Positions 36,901-45,547 of a stretch of 64,000 bases of DNA are shown one piece after another. The position numbers and the translations under genes are program-made. The stretch's first letter is position 1. Every line of letters starts with the position of its first letter. The stretch is taken from the IMG/VR virus record IMGVR_UViG_3300034121_001930, positions 608 to 64,607 of that record; one strand, written 5' to 3'. The notes beneath the pieces were generated by a model, which searched no databases, was not told the DNA's origin, and saw nothing but the letters and a program-made list of their open reading frames with translations. The stretch is from a virus. Its lineage: Duplodnaviria; Caudoviricetes.

Positions 36901-39900
36901 AGCGTCCAGCGCACCGCCACCGTTGTCGCTGGCCAAGTTAACAACAACCGCGTTGCTTTGCGGCAGGTACGCCCCGGCCATGCCCATGTTATTCGGAAGA
37001 TACGAGAACGAAACAGGCACACTGTCCGCGCCAAGCCTAAGAAGTTCTTTGGCCGTTTGTCTGTGAACCTTGCTGGTAGCGGAACGGGCCGTGCTTTCAA
37101 GAACAGTTTTAATGTCTGCTCCGGGTTTAATGCCGTGCTTTCTAATTTGATTACTGTTGCGCGCACGAAGCGCTGCAATATTGCTGTCTCGTTTTACGCG
37201 TTCTTGCGGCGGCAATAGTTCATCGCTTATAAGATACTCCAAAAGTGTTTCAGGATTATTGCCGTTACGCGCAAGATTTTGGACGGCCTGACTTTTCTGT
37301 TGCGGAGTAAACGCCTGAAGGTCAAGACCGGCCGCCAGTTCTGGTGCAACCAAGGCGAACAATTCCGCGTCGTCCGTGTATACTTCTGGGTCGATTCCAA
37401 GCTGGGTGGCCACCGCGCGGATCTCCTCCACAAGTTGTTGTGGGGCTCCGGGTTGGTTAATGCGGGTGGCCCTGTAATCTGGGGCCGCCTCCGCCGCGCG
37501 TTGTCCGCGGTCTGTTACCAGCGGTGCGTTATTCTTGGCTCTTTTATCTTGGCGGCGTTGCTTGCTTTGCTTGGCCTTAAAGGTTTGCGCCGCAATATTA
37601 CGACGTGTATTTTCTCGCCCCGCGGTTTCTACTGCGCTTGCGAGATTGGTAACAGCTTCTGGACCGCGCGTACGGTAGGCTGTTTCCACTTTTGGTACGT
37701 TATCACCAGCAACATAAACCCATGTGGCTAAACCTTTGCTGTTAAACACACGCATGTGCATTGATTCAACAGCGCCGGTATCGTCTTTTTTAACGTTCGC
37801 AATTAGCGGTTGCTCAGGCAGGTCGTAAGTTGTATCGCCATAAACAATTTGACCACCATCAGTAACCTCAGACACTTCACGAGCTTGGCGGCGCGGGCTA
37901 ACCGCGGCCCCTTCTTGAAGCAAAGTATTAAAGCCTTCAAAGTCCTTGACTGGAAGATCCTTGTTAGGCGTTACCTCAAAAGGTGTCGAGCCGTCTTCGG
38001 GGTCAAGAATAACTCCTTCGTCTTCAATGCGCAGCCTTCCGCGCAGTCCGTCGATTACTACAACTCTATTGCTAAGGTCATTGAACGTACGGTTTTCTGG
38101 GTTGTCCGCTTGTTCGTCTCCGACAAGTTGGAAGCCGCCCTCGGGGGCAGTAACGTCCGGGCCCGGCAAGAAGCTATTAAGGTCCAGACCCATTTGTTCG
38201 GTGCGCCGATTAACAAAAGCACGCACATCGTTCGGTGTAATTTGTGGGGCACCTTGTTTATCGGTACCGCTTGGCTGAACCGAACTAAGTTCTTCCTCGT
38301 TAACGGCCAGCTCTTTGGCCAATTGTTTGGCCAAGCTTGTTACAGACGCTGGAGCTTTAGTAGCAAGGGGTTCAGCAGGGGCTGTAGGAATTTCAAATGG
38401 CTCCTCGCTAGTCGCGTCAAGCCTGTCGATAATTTCTTGCTTGGCCGCGCGCACCGGAATGTTTTGGCTTATCGCTTGTCCGCGCCGTTGTGCCACGCGC
38501 ATGCGGTCCTGAAGCGCCGCGATTGTTTGCGGGTTGCCGCCGGACTCCTGCAGCTTGGCTACAGTGCGGTCCATTAGGTCCCGCTCAATTGACTGCGCGG
38601 TGCCTGCAAATGTGTCACGCGCAATATCGGCTTGTCTCAGACCAATCTTATTGGTTGTACCAAGCGCACCACCATATACACCACCAACAACAGCAGCCTG
38701 CAATCCTTGCGTGAACGCCTGCTTAAAATTAATCTGCTCGTCGCTCAAAAGGTTTTGAACAACGTTCTGGGTAAACTCATCAGTAAATTCTTCCAATGCT
38801 TCCGCTGGGATTTGTTTTACCGCGTCGCCCCAACCCTCGTTAACTACTTCGCGACTAACTTGTTTAAGTGTGTCGAAAAGTTCTGGGCCTCCAAAACCTC
38901 CTCGTTCCAACGCGTTGGTTAGGCGATTGCTATAGCTTTTAATTTGACGAAGGTTTGCAGTTCCAATTGCTGTGACGTCAGCACCCTCACCAAATACCTT
39001 ACCAAATCCGCGCTCTACCAAAGCGGTAATAGCTCCGCTGTACAGTGCGTTTGTAGTGGCCGCGTCATTAATTTCTTCTTCGGTATACTTGGGCGTTCCG
39101 TCTGGATTTTTAGCCTGCCGCATCTCCATGGTAGTATTAGTCCATGATTGCTGCGCGCTGCGCGTAAAGCTTGTACCAATTTGTGTAGCTGTTGCAGTTC
39201 CCACCACAAACTTTTCTTCCAAGTCTCGGCGCACCGCGCGCAATACTTGAGCTGGACTTTTCTCAGCCCCGGCCACGGTAAACTTTTTAAGATAATTGCC
39301 GACTACGCTTTTAGTTTCTGGTTTAAGCGCGTTACCAATAAATGTTTTTGCGGTCTGGCCCATTAGACCTTCCGTGGTACGAATGGCTGTGCCAACTACA
39401 GGCTTAGCCACAGACTTAGCTAGTGTTCCTGCGCCTTTACTAATAGCGATATCCGCCAGCAATGGGGCCGCTTGGCTGACTATGGTGTAGCCGAGCCCCA
39501 GTTCTCCGCCATAAAGATTGACATAAGTTCCGCGGCGTTGTTCTTGCATGGCATCGGCTTCTGCCCAGTCAGCGAAAGCTTTTTGACCACCTTCCCAGTT
39601 AATCGCATTAGACGCACCACCACCCACTGCTTGGACAATGGCTGAAAGTGAATTAGGAATAGACCTAAGAACTCCCTGTGTTTTCGCACCAAATGTCTTT
39701 CGTGCGCTGGGCTCCATTTGATCCAAATAGGCTTCTGTTAGTTCAACAGTACCGCTATATTTATCTACATTCTTTTGTGTAAATTCTAGAAATTTATCTC
39801 CCTCGAAATCAAACAGCGCGTCTCTAATGGGTGTAAGATTTGCAGATATCCAACCGGTGCGAATGCTTGAAGCTGCTGCTTTTTCTTTTTCGTCAAGACC

Positions 39901-41088
39901 AAGAGTATCCATGGCCTGCGCAAATTTCTCTTTCGGCAGCAAAGCAGCGCTAGCCAATGGCGCGCGAGTCCCGTCCGTAAGGGTGACAAAGTTTTTTGTC
40001 GGGTCGTCTTGGTTGGTCGGAGTATTAATCCTTTGCAAAACATAATCTTGCGCAGCATTAGTAAATTGATCTTCGCTAAATTCTGTTACAAGAGAGTTAT
40101 TTGGGTCTGTTTGTTTAAGGTTGCGGTACGCAGAACGAATAGCCGCGTCAGCTACTCGATTGCTCGCTACTCTTTTCGCTGTGCCTTCTGCGTAAACCGG
40201 ACCCGCAGGAGTCGCTATAACTTGTTTAGTCCCCGCGACCTCATCGGTCGAAGCCTTTGTAATTGCGCCAACGCTAGTACCAAATTCTTCTGTGCTCTGG
40301 GTTGCGTATTCAATAGCGCTTGCCATGTTTTGCTGAAACGCAGAGTCTGGATCAGACTGACTTAAACGCTCTTGCAGAAGGCTCTGGATTTCCGAATTAA
40401 TACGCTGCTCGGCTCGGTTTACCTTTCGGCCCGGATCTGTTTTAATCCATTCCTCGGCCAGCGCTGCAGAACGTGGGTCAACAATATCCTGTGCCAGATC
40501 CAAAGTATCATACACGGCCTTGCGGTCTGGGTTCGCTTGGGTGTTAATCCAAACATCCCGTTTGCCGGGCTCGCTTGTTGGGTAGTCAATAAAGCCTAGC
40601 CCGCGCTCTTTGGCATAACCAATACGGGCTTGTTGGATTACGTCTGGTGTAGCGATATTTTTCCTGACGTCTTCCAAGTCTAGCTCCAAATTAGGATCTG
40701 GTTGGCCGGACTTAATTCGTTGGTAAACATCAGCAGCGCGCGCCGCTTTTTCTGGTTCTGTGTTCAATAGACTCTTGCTAACCAAGTCAAGGTCAGACGC
40801 GTCGTCAACAAAAGACTTATTGGCGAAGCTTTCAAACAATTGAGTTTTTTGCTGCTCGTCTTGCGGCTGAAAAACACCGACCTGAACGCCCTTGTTAAAG
40901 AGTCCGCTATACAGACTATCTTGAAACTCGTCTGGCTTCTGGCCGCTCCGAAGTAGTTGGCCCGTAGCGTATCCAGCGTACTGGTTAAGCGTGTCTTCAC
41001 TGAGTTCCTTTTGATTTTTATCCGACCACTCGGTCAGACTAAGAACTTCAACATCGTTTCCCAGAGGGTCTTTAGTAATCTGCGGCAT
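27973..41088 (-). CDS. Giant polyvalent internal virion / ejection-type protein (4371 aa)
   Basis: HELGH zincin (about 36880), SAM-lyase-like segment (about 35950-36290), HhH-glycosylase-like segment (about 33600-34570), ADP-ribosyltransferase-like segments (about 32420-32850 and 31950-32350), long helical C-terminal region. Confidence 0.8.
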   Translation of the reverse strand: MPQITKDPLGNDVEVLSLTEWSDKNQKELSEDTLNQYAGYATGQLLRSGQKPDEFQDSLYSGLFNKGVQVGVFQPQDEQQKTQLFESFANKSFVDDASDLDLVSKSLLNTEPEKAARAADVYQRIKSGQPDPNLELDLEDVRKNIATPDVIQQARIGYAKERGLGFIDYPTSEPGKRDVWINTQANPDRKAVYDTLDLAQDIVDPRSAALAEEWIKTDPGRKVNRAEQRINSEIQSLLQERLSQSDPDSAFQQNMASAIEYATQSTEEFGTSVGAITKASTDEVAGTKQVIATPAGPVYAEGTAKRVASNRVADAAIRSAYRNLKQTDPNNSLVTEFSEDQFTNAAQDYVLQRINTPTNQDDPTKNFVTLTDGTRAPLASAALLPKEKFAQAMDTLGLDEKEKAAASSIRTGWISANLTPIRDALFDFEGDKFLEFTQKNVDKYSGTVELTEAYLDQMEPSARKTFGAKTQGVLRSIPNSLSAIVQAVGGGASNAINWEGGQKAFADWAEADAMQEQRRGTYVNLYGGELGLGYTIVSQAAPLLADIAISKGAGTLAKSVAKPVVGTAIRTTEGLMGQTAKTFIGNALKPETKSVVGNYLKKFTVAGAEKSPAQVLRAVRRDLEEKFVVGTATATQIGTSFTRSAQQSWTNTTMEMRQAKNPDGTPKYTEEEINDAATTNALYSGAITALVERGFGKVFGEGADVTAIGTANLRQIKSYSNRLTNALERGGFGGPELFDTLKQVSREVVNEGWGDAVKQIPAEALEEFTDEFTQNVVQNLLSDEQINFKQAFTQGLQAAVVGGVYGGALGTTNKIGLRQADIARDTFAGTAQSIERDLMDRTVAKLQESGGNPQTIAALQDRMRVAQRRGQAISQNIPVRAAKQEIIDRLDATSEEPFEIPTAPAEPLATKAPASVTSLAKQLAKELAVNEEELSSVQPSGTDKQGAPQITPNDVRAFVNRRTEQMGLDLNSFLPGPDVTAPEGGFQLVGDEQADNPENRTFNDLSNRVVVIDGLRGRLRIEDEGVILDPEDGSTPFEVTPNKDLPVKDFEGFNTLLQEGAAVSPRRQAREVSEVTDGGQIVYGDTTYDLPEQPLIANVKKDDTGAVESMHMRVFNSKGLATWVYVAGDNVPKVETAYRTRGPEAVTNLASAVETAGRENTRRNIAAQTFKAKQSKQRRQDKRAKNNAPLVTDRGQRAAEAAPDYRATRINQPGAPQQLVEEIRAVATQLGIDPEVYTDDAELFALVAPELAAGLDLQAFTPQQKSQAVQNLARNGNNPETLLEYLISDELLPPQERVKRDSNIAALRARNSNQIRKHGIKPGADIKTVLESTARSATSKVHRQTAKELLRLGADSVPVSFSYLPNNMGMAGAYLPQSNAVVVNLASDNGGGALDALLHELGHAVTDRVVTAPANEFEQQVRDRLMSLRAEYAERANAKYGDNMPPDLRYALEGRASLSEPFSDVDGARELVAHFYGSSKFRKQLVELSPKGERNFVQKFIDLIASLFSGQPVASKQYKELAEVITDLSNANQTLGQNPYGRTVAQVAASRAGVNHENRVGPLFGVPNPHSRDDLEWILHQVQTLRYSDLSNEEINDIIVNQRFGMFTGENPNDTQFSERENKEFNKKATQWLKDRGYQVIPIVGKYNRGENSFLVPGLTDQDAVDAANELVQDSVVTNTGMYFKDGMYSPRVGESLNQPIGADDNFFSTLLDTNGNVTTIRVEYDLDTSLDSGIKYSKGDQQAAPVTKIARSLAAQDEFQVVEDREINKPMQFVDGRLAVNPALAEARYEAYDVEDAGDLQELDTRLAVAIGLANGSNGPDIQLSFEEVGLSPDSVIEQAAYNTLTNSDLQDLLKVKEQAKQFVASAYYHIALRNNGDNERLATAQNRVADLYRYLLRDGAGLPDAPEKFNALDISPVTMQLASRAASPAPIVRYSRAAVNIDPVQVRAQTKAGKAVGTRNPTSAKATEDGADPSNLVDLASLKRNPQAYRKNALLLLEYPIVAREFPKLAKEYAKIRGAVLKAQDKAKANGIKIKGAKDTAKKTFANYLGVPKAKVSGKMLEDAIENPESAFVTKEQPGTIAGNKEARARNKALAEFNKNLDQIKKYEAEGAVLGTDSSKALKTYTDTLDKIAKDPKHPIAKQADEIYNTLNEVTKSNLRTLMDVFPSDIRDIANLWYDGANIIAQQFAGDNYSLEQSAGVLAVFSPQKDWFMNVELAKRTMEIWTADQEYEWDDAMSARWLMRGGEPELKENKDGTIGYAKGIKPDLDENGEHRTDENGMLLFHGWGSEKVKAKRQQAFERLQSLKGKKLKDLSPEQQAWFVRMRAETKYATSFPIVSPDGRFGTPSSSTNNKGVTKEIKLAWGTYGSIGKAISILTAPSETQMKVISDELGDQHKVRSFYNNIVDPQNADGHVTMDTHAIAALFWQAFSGNSREVGQNFGTANTATDSLTGVGGLYPAFAEAYRAVAAEYGMLPRQVQSITWEAVRMLFTARWKSKSENVNGVRAVWARYQNNEITLEQAQTAVFAMATNGKDLATAVANSNNEELGLGFPSWADVTEGPAPAGVGIARSRAITQDDEAMFANSERRNTWSKAAKEFLGARVHPSEIPVIQGRYMRISDMPKALQDLATVAEVSKKLQRETDMAGNDILDIVTSPVETDAAWYDLDAAFRNKLRTEFDLRTQALDRIKKQTKGLYTDSEIITYAMNLPTVTDIEIEDTRIATRLGVNLSIARSKAIVATGQPYSTTAFHGGTYKQGVGALRPSKEGALGSGYYVTPSVDSAKKYAREGSLGAGITGGSVSVFDVSLQNPLVFEYSQAYPANIFQALGMDPDKAEAKTEKILEEKGYIGKQFQTMGQKLGYDGIIIVDNNGDVLELVAWSPTSLKDGFTNANIALSKAGLDTAPKAFRGRMVQLTHWSKATELKETDPSEHGNGGAGKELERRREYGDIYMPRTYFGYGKYRRETQVGVNRYSMLVNGDALYDLDRDPLDLYPDADALQKAGYARFDNRAALTLLEKAVKDAGFKGYVSTSYQAGVLFNKQKVTKVKDGDTSLPLAAPASIAKSLANLTPVTPAEEKAAGKATARRNAPELAVAAVRMIEGKITVDEYADLVGFFDPWEVKGAADAPAIDKIKQYIDASKVDKVGVAVADRTVVEARIDIPTYNRSTAAGESVYAITLHQPAAETATRVAAPLSYTSVARITNPTMVVRAISGKGEARDIAAGTGKFPLATVKGNISTITEMPADINDPEVWTEVGFNPVRSSDFVDVRSKLAVVGGSEAIMVGPRVFVRNAEFAERATGYMTDKSPRYSKALYAITSPDVESAYAVSLDDLFINNATGEWDAGGPVSRLFRASGNMDPRLFEAAKYQERGLRLAKARLKDLTQAFQAALKSEPNADLDDVNLALGSTEPTVGAAQRDAAETAKRARIDKANDVFDRAPANKAYMDAVNTARVNYRTHRSKQKYTAEVEQARADRKNSPEIQQRDAAIAAAEAQYSKDIQDARAQNLAPVRKAQQQAQLRLELNSPKTAIAIANFRVAVDKLSSELSDELGSGNPLRAIIDQNLGVYLTRTYRIHQDEGYAQRVLEDSEFAHQRALARNFLEKKWIDNTYEQWRKDVAYEPYTDSEVMSLVRAEAASKDVGTRELYKFIDKHSATPKVFGRATSRTDLTRFMQKGEVPPELRVLLGEVQNPIENALRTYGNLAQFLGTQRLLTQYTKLGLDNNWLVTAEDVENDPVKYRGYAPLVNTTDTNGGDPLSQYYAQPEVVSAFQTMFAPAPAPEGSDAKKVWDFVQLGASRTIGASMAFLTLGSAGFFVRNLVSIPIFASSNGFVPTPSNIVTALKGIKQVYGRDMDGLGADMVMLGISEGSMVTQTMRDFIRGTIDDPELITNQIESMLKEVGTPGNFLAKAWKGAKVTVDGLATLNDQIDMLYKAAYWAHEIDVQTKANKYRSVPLTPQQIKQEAARVVRLTTQGRERVAPIAKEFQRSGLGMLFNSFFRFTAEMFRLPIATIQLGVDEVKSGNPVLVARGRNRLIGLGTTLSVLGYGAPALLKEMFEVEDEEEEGVRAAQPPWARDSNLFITSDPADKSVTTWDLTYINGFSPITDAVGRSIHHAVNGRWEKIPGVMASSLAKSFLSPQIAVEAFAQAGMNRDDRGGALWLEDDSWGTKVGKTLKHVATNAYKLRTPFQFWKAYEAYTNGGVYDKDARFEKAADLVVNEFKPFRVHTNKTEQLARRAFGDLKQQMDAARETLGELKSYEQLDKERVDGVYDRYETSLIAINERLNKYAAGFEKLGMSYAEMESQAYDVGISKRRFKDAVRYGRVERFKPSEDAYKDYLRIGGEENGAARVKYLNEAVYARPQYLKLNTK

Positions 41089-41141
41089 AGCGTAGAGTCA
41101 CACACTACTACGCAAAGGTCTAGCTAGTCAAGACCAAAGTT

Positions 41142-42128
41142 TTACTGGGTCAATGAATTTAGATTAATCCCGGGGCTCGTCTGGGCTGGTGCTGCGCCCC
41201 CTACGCGCGCTTTATTAATTGTAGAATTAATAATGCGAAAAGCTTTTTTCCTTAGCTTAACAAATTCGTCAGCATTATATTTAGGTAGTTCGGCTTCTGG
41301 GTTGAAGGTTCGGATACCAACTTCTTCCAGATCTTTTTTGGTCTTGGGGTCAACCAAGCCCAGATCATCCAAGGCGCGCAAACCTTCGTCAATATCGCCC
41401 CAATTGATGTCGCTAGCTGTAGTAGCATCAGCGGTATTAAGAGACTTAATAGCGTCCTCGTAAGGCTTAATGGTTTCTTTTGCGAGCTTGGCTGTTTGAT
41501 CCGCTTGCATCTTTTTGGCCATATCTTGAATGGCAGGATTAGTTACATCATAGCCCATAGCAGCAAGAGACGCTATGCTTGTCCCAGACTCCATAAGTCT
41601 CTGGGCCGACGAAGCTTCGTTTGCGGGGGTCCTTGCGGTAGGCGCTTTGCCTTTACCTAGGCCAGCCGCACCCAACGTAAAGTTAAGTCTGTTTGTTGCG
41701 GCCGGATTGTCTGTAAAGAAATCAGGATTTTGTGCCGCAACACCGTAAATCCCCTTAGCCTTCTCGTCTGGTGTAAGGTTGGGATCTTTTGCAAAACGAT
41801 CAAGTTCAGCATAAACATTAGCCCCAGTTGCCGCCGACTCTTGTTGTCTCCTGAACTTTTCGCGGGCCAAACCAAGCTCGAGTTTACCTTGCTCAAGCTG
41901 GGCGCGGCGCACGTCCATGTTCAGCGCGCGGTCTTCTTCTTCCTGCTGTCGGGCCCGCTGTATATCGCGCGCCTGTTGGATGCCCCCAAACGTTTGTTTA
42001 ATAAGCCCGTACGCTTGGGTGCGCAAACGAGGATCAGAAATGCGGCTCTGCACGTTCTGAAAGTAACGGCCCTGCAACGGAGTAATATCCGCGTCCACCG
42101 CAAAAGAAGGCATATCTTTTTCAGCCAT
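41142..42128 (-). CDS. Putative internal virion protein
   Basis: 328-aa helical/coiled-coil protein upstream of the giant gene. Confidence 0.55.
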   Translation of the reverse strand: MAEKDMPSFAVDADITPLQGRYFQNVQSRISDPRLRTQAYGLIKQTFGGIQQARDIQRARQQEEEDRALNMDVRRAQLEQGKLELGLAREKFRRQQESAATGANVYAELDRFAKDPNLTPDEKAKGIYGVAAQNPDFFTDNPAATNRLNFTLGAAGLGKGKAPTARTPANEASSAQRLMESGTSIASLAAMGYDVTNPAIQDMAKKMQADQTAKLAKETIKPYEDAIKSLNTADATTASDINWGDIDEGLRALDDLGLVDPKTKKDLEEVGIRTFNPEAELPKYNADEFVKLRKKAFRIINSTINKARVGGAAPAQTSPGINLNSLTQ

Positions 42129-42940
42129 TAGTATTTCCTGATGCTTCTATCTCTAAGACGCTTAAGATAATCTGGAGTAACGTTTACGCTTTCGCCTTTG
42201 TCCCCGACCCCGAACAACAGCCGCTTGGTTCTTTCTGGTCCGAACCCCGCCGCACGAACTTGTTCGGCCGAAGCCACAGTTGGCTGCGCCGCTGCGCTTC
42301 TAAGCGCGGACGCCGCGGCGTTGCTTGTTGCGGTGGTGCTGGTAGCGAGATCTTGGCGCGGCGCGCCAATACGGTCAATGGCCCGCTGGTTTGCGGCTGC
42401 CTGCGCGGTTTTAAATTGTTGTGCGTATTCTTTGCTGAAGAAACCCCCACGGTTAACTGGTTCGTATGGGTTTGTTCGCGGGGCTTGTTGCGCGCGGGTA
42501 GCCGTAGCTGTTTGGCTAGTCTGGTACGTGTCCCGCATTTGTTGTACGCTCGGGCTCGGCGCGGCTGCAGCCGTTGATGTCGCGGCCGCCGGAGCAGTCG
42601 TTGATTGCTGCGTTGGCGTTTGTTGTGTGCGTGTGGCCGTTGGGGCCGTGGCCGCCGGAGCAGTCGCGGGTTGCGGTGTTGGACTAGCTGGAGCGGCGTT
42701 GCCGTAAACATCATTAGCGTCAGCATAAATGGGAACTCCCGAACGCATCCCAATTAGCTCTTTACCTGCAGGAGCGGTTTGCTGGTCCAGACGGACACCG
42801 CCGGGGCCCCTAGTCTGCTGGCCAACCGTCATGTTCGGCACCTTGCTTTGCACTTGCTCGGATGTTGGCGCAGGCAGCACTTGTTTCCTAGCCGCCTCGT
42901 CGGCTTCGCGCTGCTTTTTTTGCTCTGGTGTATCTGCCAT
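42128..42940 (-). CDS. Putative internal virion protein, Ala/Thr/Gln/Pro-rich
   Basis: 270-aa low-complexity ORF with a TAATG overlap. Confidence 0.55.
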   Translation of the reverse strand: MADTPEQKKQREADEAARKQVLPAPTSEQVQSKVPNMTVGQQTRGPGGVRLDQQTAPAGKELIGMRSGVPIYADANDVYGNAAPASPTPQPATAPAATAPTATRTQQTPTQQSTTAPAAATSTAAAAPSPSVQQMRDTYQTSQTATATRAQQAPRTNPYEPVNRGGFFSKEYAQQFKTAQAAANQRAIDRIGAPRQDLATSTTATSNAAASALRSAAAQPTVASAEQVRAAGFGPERTKRLLFGVGDKGESVNVTPDYLKRLRDRSIRKY

Positions 42941-42943
42941 GAC

Positions 42944-43444
42944 TTAAGATTGTTTTTTGATTTCTGTCCGTGCGCCCGGCAAATCAATAGCCTTCACAAG
43001 CCCTTGCGCCGCCAACACTTCAGGTCTAACAGCTTTTGAGGGGTTATACGCCATTTTATTGCGCTGGAAGAAACTAGCCAGAGCGCTTGGTGTAACTCCA
43101 TATTTAGAGCTCTCCTGTTTTGCGTAGTCCCAAGTATCTTGGTCGCCTTGGGCGGCTTTCTTTTTAAGCTCGTCAGCAAACATTATTCGGCCAGCAAGTT
43201 GCTGCTTATCGTTTTCTTGGGCCTTTTGAATTTCCGTATTTTCGAGCGATTGCTTAAGGTCCGCCATGGCTTGCCGTTGACCGCTTCGCCAAATAGAAGG
43301 TTCCGTGCCTTTTTGCGCAAAGCCTTGCATGGCCAATTCTTCGGCAGCCCTATCAAACCCCATACGCTTTGCGCGCCTAGCTTCTCGAAACAGTCTTGCG
43401 CTTTCGGGAGCGATTAACTGGGCTGGTTTACGTAGTGAAGACAT
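42944..43444 (-). CDS. Putative internal virion protein
   Basis: 166-aa helical ORF; TTGCCT-17-TACATT-7-ATG upstream. Confidence 0.55.
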   Translation of the reverse strand: MSSLRKPAQLIAPESARLFREARRAKRMGFDRAAEELAMQGFAQKGTEPSIWRSGQRQAMADLKQSLENTEIQKAQENDKQQLAGRIMFADELKKKAAQGDQDTWDYAKQESSKYGVTPSALASFFQRNKMAYNPSKAVRPEVLAAQGLVKAIDLPGARTEIKKQS

Positions 43445-43492
43445 AATGCGAAATGTACTAGACTATTTAAAAATAGGCAAGGAAAAAATAAA

Positions 43493-45289
43493 CTAGGTAA
43501 ATTCTAGCAGCATACTGTGCGCGGTGCGCGCTTCAACCTGCAAGTCCTTAAAGTTTATCTGCCGCTGAACTGGCTGCCCGTCTTGCGGGTTTAAGGCTAA
43601 CTCCAGCGCAATAAGGCCGTGCCTGTTGCGCGCCAGATCAACAAGCAAAAATGCGGCGTCCGCGTTGTCAGGAGAATATCCGGTCCGCTTACGGAAATCC
43701 GGTTTGCCCTCTATCCGCATTCTTAAACCTTCGCCGCCCTTAATTGTCTCGTACTGCCTCGCGGTCATTTCCTTGGCGAGCTCAGCGTCCACCCCCTTAA
43801 GCTGGCCACAACGAACTAGCTCCTTGCCCGCAAACCAGATCTCGGTAACGCGGTTTGCGTACAGGTCATAGCAGCTGGTGGCGTTGCTCATGCTGACCCG
43901 GCGGTCTGTGGCCTTGCCCGCAAACACCACCCTTAGAATCTCAGGACTCCACTCGCTGGCCACCACGTCGCAAAACGGAGCGCCCGCGCCGGTAGCATCA
44001 ATAGCCACATTTTCTGGTAAAATGTTTCGCTGCTGGCAAACACTTTTGAGCTGCTTAACAATCTGGTGCGTCCGCGGAATTGATTTATTTGTTTCGTCCT
44101 CGAAGAGCAGCATGGAGTCCGTGAACTGGAGAACATACTGGCCTCGCTCATCGTAGCCCAGCTCACCGAACCGGAGCATGGTTCGGTCACCGCCGTTGGT
44201 AAACGCGGGGTCCAGCGCCGCAAGTTTAATAGAGTCACGCAAGGTGGTTCTCTGCAGGGCCCCTCCGCGCGTTAGCTCGCTCTCCCCGTAAACGCCCTCG
44301 GCCTCATCGCTGTCGAAGAATATAGCGCGGTACATGCGCATGAAACCGCGGCTGTTCTCGCCCAAGTTTGCCTTGGCCTCGTCCATGCGCTGCTGGGTTG
44401 GTAGCCACGGATAGATGTCTTCACCAGCAAGAATGTTAGGGCTTTGCTCGGCGTCGAACCGTAGGTACAGCCCATTGTATTTTGTTCTCCAGCTGTACTC
44501 GATTTCGGAGACCACAGAGTCCCAGCCCTTGCTGGGCTCCGACCAATCTCCGAACGCATCGAAACGACTGCACGGGTTGCTCATAGCGACAACCCTGAGA
44601 TTGGGGTTGCTGCTAAGGTTACTTAAGCTGGTCTGGATAATACTATGGCTAAGCTCGCTAAGCTCGTCCGCTACCAACATAACACGCTCTTGTTTAATAC
44701 CGATTAGTTTGCCGGTCGCTTCGCGTGTTCTGCTCTTTTCGGCGGCAATAAGGCTTAGCCCTGCGCGGTCATAAATAACACCGTTAGCGTCAATATAGTT
44801 GGCGCTTCCAATTGAATCCCGAATCTTGATTGGCAGTCCCGGGACCGCGGTCAGCAAAGTAATAACCGCGCCCCAGATCCGCTTGCGCGCTTCTCGCAGA
44901 GTGGTACTGGTTACAAGAACCAAGGTTCTGTCTGGCGCGGCAAGCCAGTTAACAATGGCCCAGCCAGCCATTGTGTAAGACTTACCGCTAGAAGCGGCAC
45001 CGCCAATAGCCAAATATTTTTCCCTGCTCGCTGCATGGATCATTTGCTCGGCCCACGGGTGCCGCGCGAACAACGGCTGCGGCCGCTCAGGGCCGTTCCA
45101 AAGTATGTCAGCAATACACCAAAAAATATGTTCTCTGGCCGCGGGTACTGTGTGCTCGGCAAAAGCAAACAATAACGCGCTGAGCTCGTTGCACACAGGG
45201 GCCGCAATACCAGCAACGTCCCAACTTCCGTCAGGCAATAGCAGCGCGTCGTATTTGTGGGTCTTAGCCATCGCCAAAGAACAAACCAA
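43493..45289 (-). CDS. terL: Terminase large subunit
   Basis: Walker A GAASSGKS, Walker B LVADE, coupling motif MSNP, nuclease motifs ALDPA, IDATGAG and SPDNADA; probable start MAKTH at 45271. Confidence 0.92.
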   Translation of the reverse strand: MVCSLAMAKTHKYDALLLPDGSWDVAGIAAPVCNELSALLFAFAEHTVPAAREHIFWCIADILWNGPERPQPLFARHPWAEQMIHAASREKYLAIGGAASSGKSYTMAGWAIVNWLAAPDRTLVLVTSTTLREARKRIWGAVITLLTAVPGLPIKIRDSIGSANYIDANGVIYDRAGLSLIAAEKSRTREATGKLIGIKQERVMLVADELSELSHSIIQTSLSNLSSNPNLRVVAMSNPCSRFDAFGDWSEPSKGWDSVVSEIEYSWRTKYNGLYLRFDAEQSPNILAGEDIYPWLPTQQRMDEAKANLGENSRGFMRMYRAIFFDSDEAEGVYGESELTRGGALQRTTLRDSIKLAALDPAFTNGGDRTMLRFGELGYDERGQYVLQFTDSMLLFEDETNKSIPRTHQIVKQLKSVCQQRNILPENVAIDATGAGAPFCDVVASEWSPEILRVVFAGKATDRRVSMSNATSCYDLYANRVTEIWFAGKELVRCGQLKGVDAELAKEMTARQYETIKGGEGLRMRIEGKPDFRKRTGYSPDNADAAFLLVDLARNRHGLIALELALNPQDGQPVQRQINFKDLQVEARTAHSMLLEFT

Positions 45290-45547
45290 ATATTTCTTGC
45301 AAATGCAAGTAATTTATGTTTGTAATAACAGCGTTGTGGAAACGCACTTCATAGAACATCTTGTAGCGAATCAAAGCGAATACGATGAGCTACGCGAAAT
45401 CGCAGCCGAATTTCCAGACAGAGCCGAGATTCTGTTTGACCGCTTGGTCGTGCGTATATCTATTCCAGACTGGCTTGAAAGCCACGCCTACGCGTATGTA
45501 TTCGAGGGCTACGACCCGCTCGCGTAAAGGCATTATGCATCAAATCC

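Noticed and set aside
27973-41088. Giant ORF as an N4-like virion RNA polymerase or a tape measure protein
   Set aside because: No RNA polymerase catalytic motifs were recognised, and the effector-like domain content fits a polyvalent ejection protein better.
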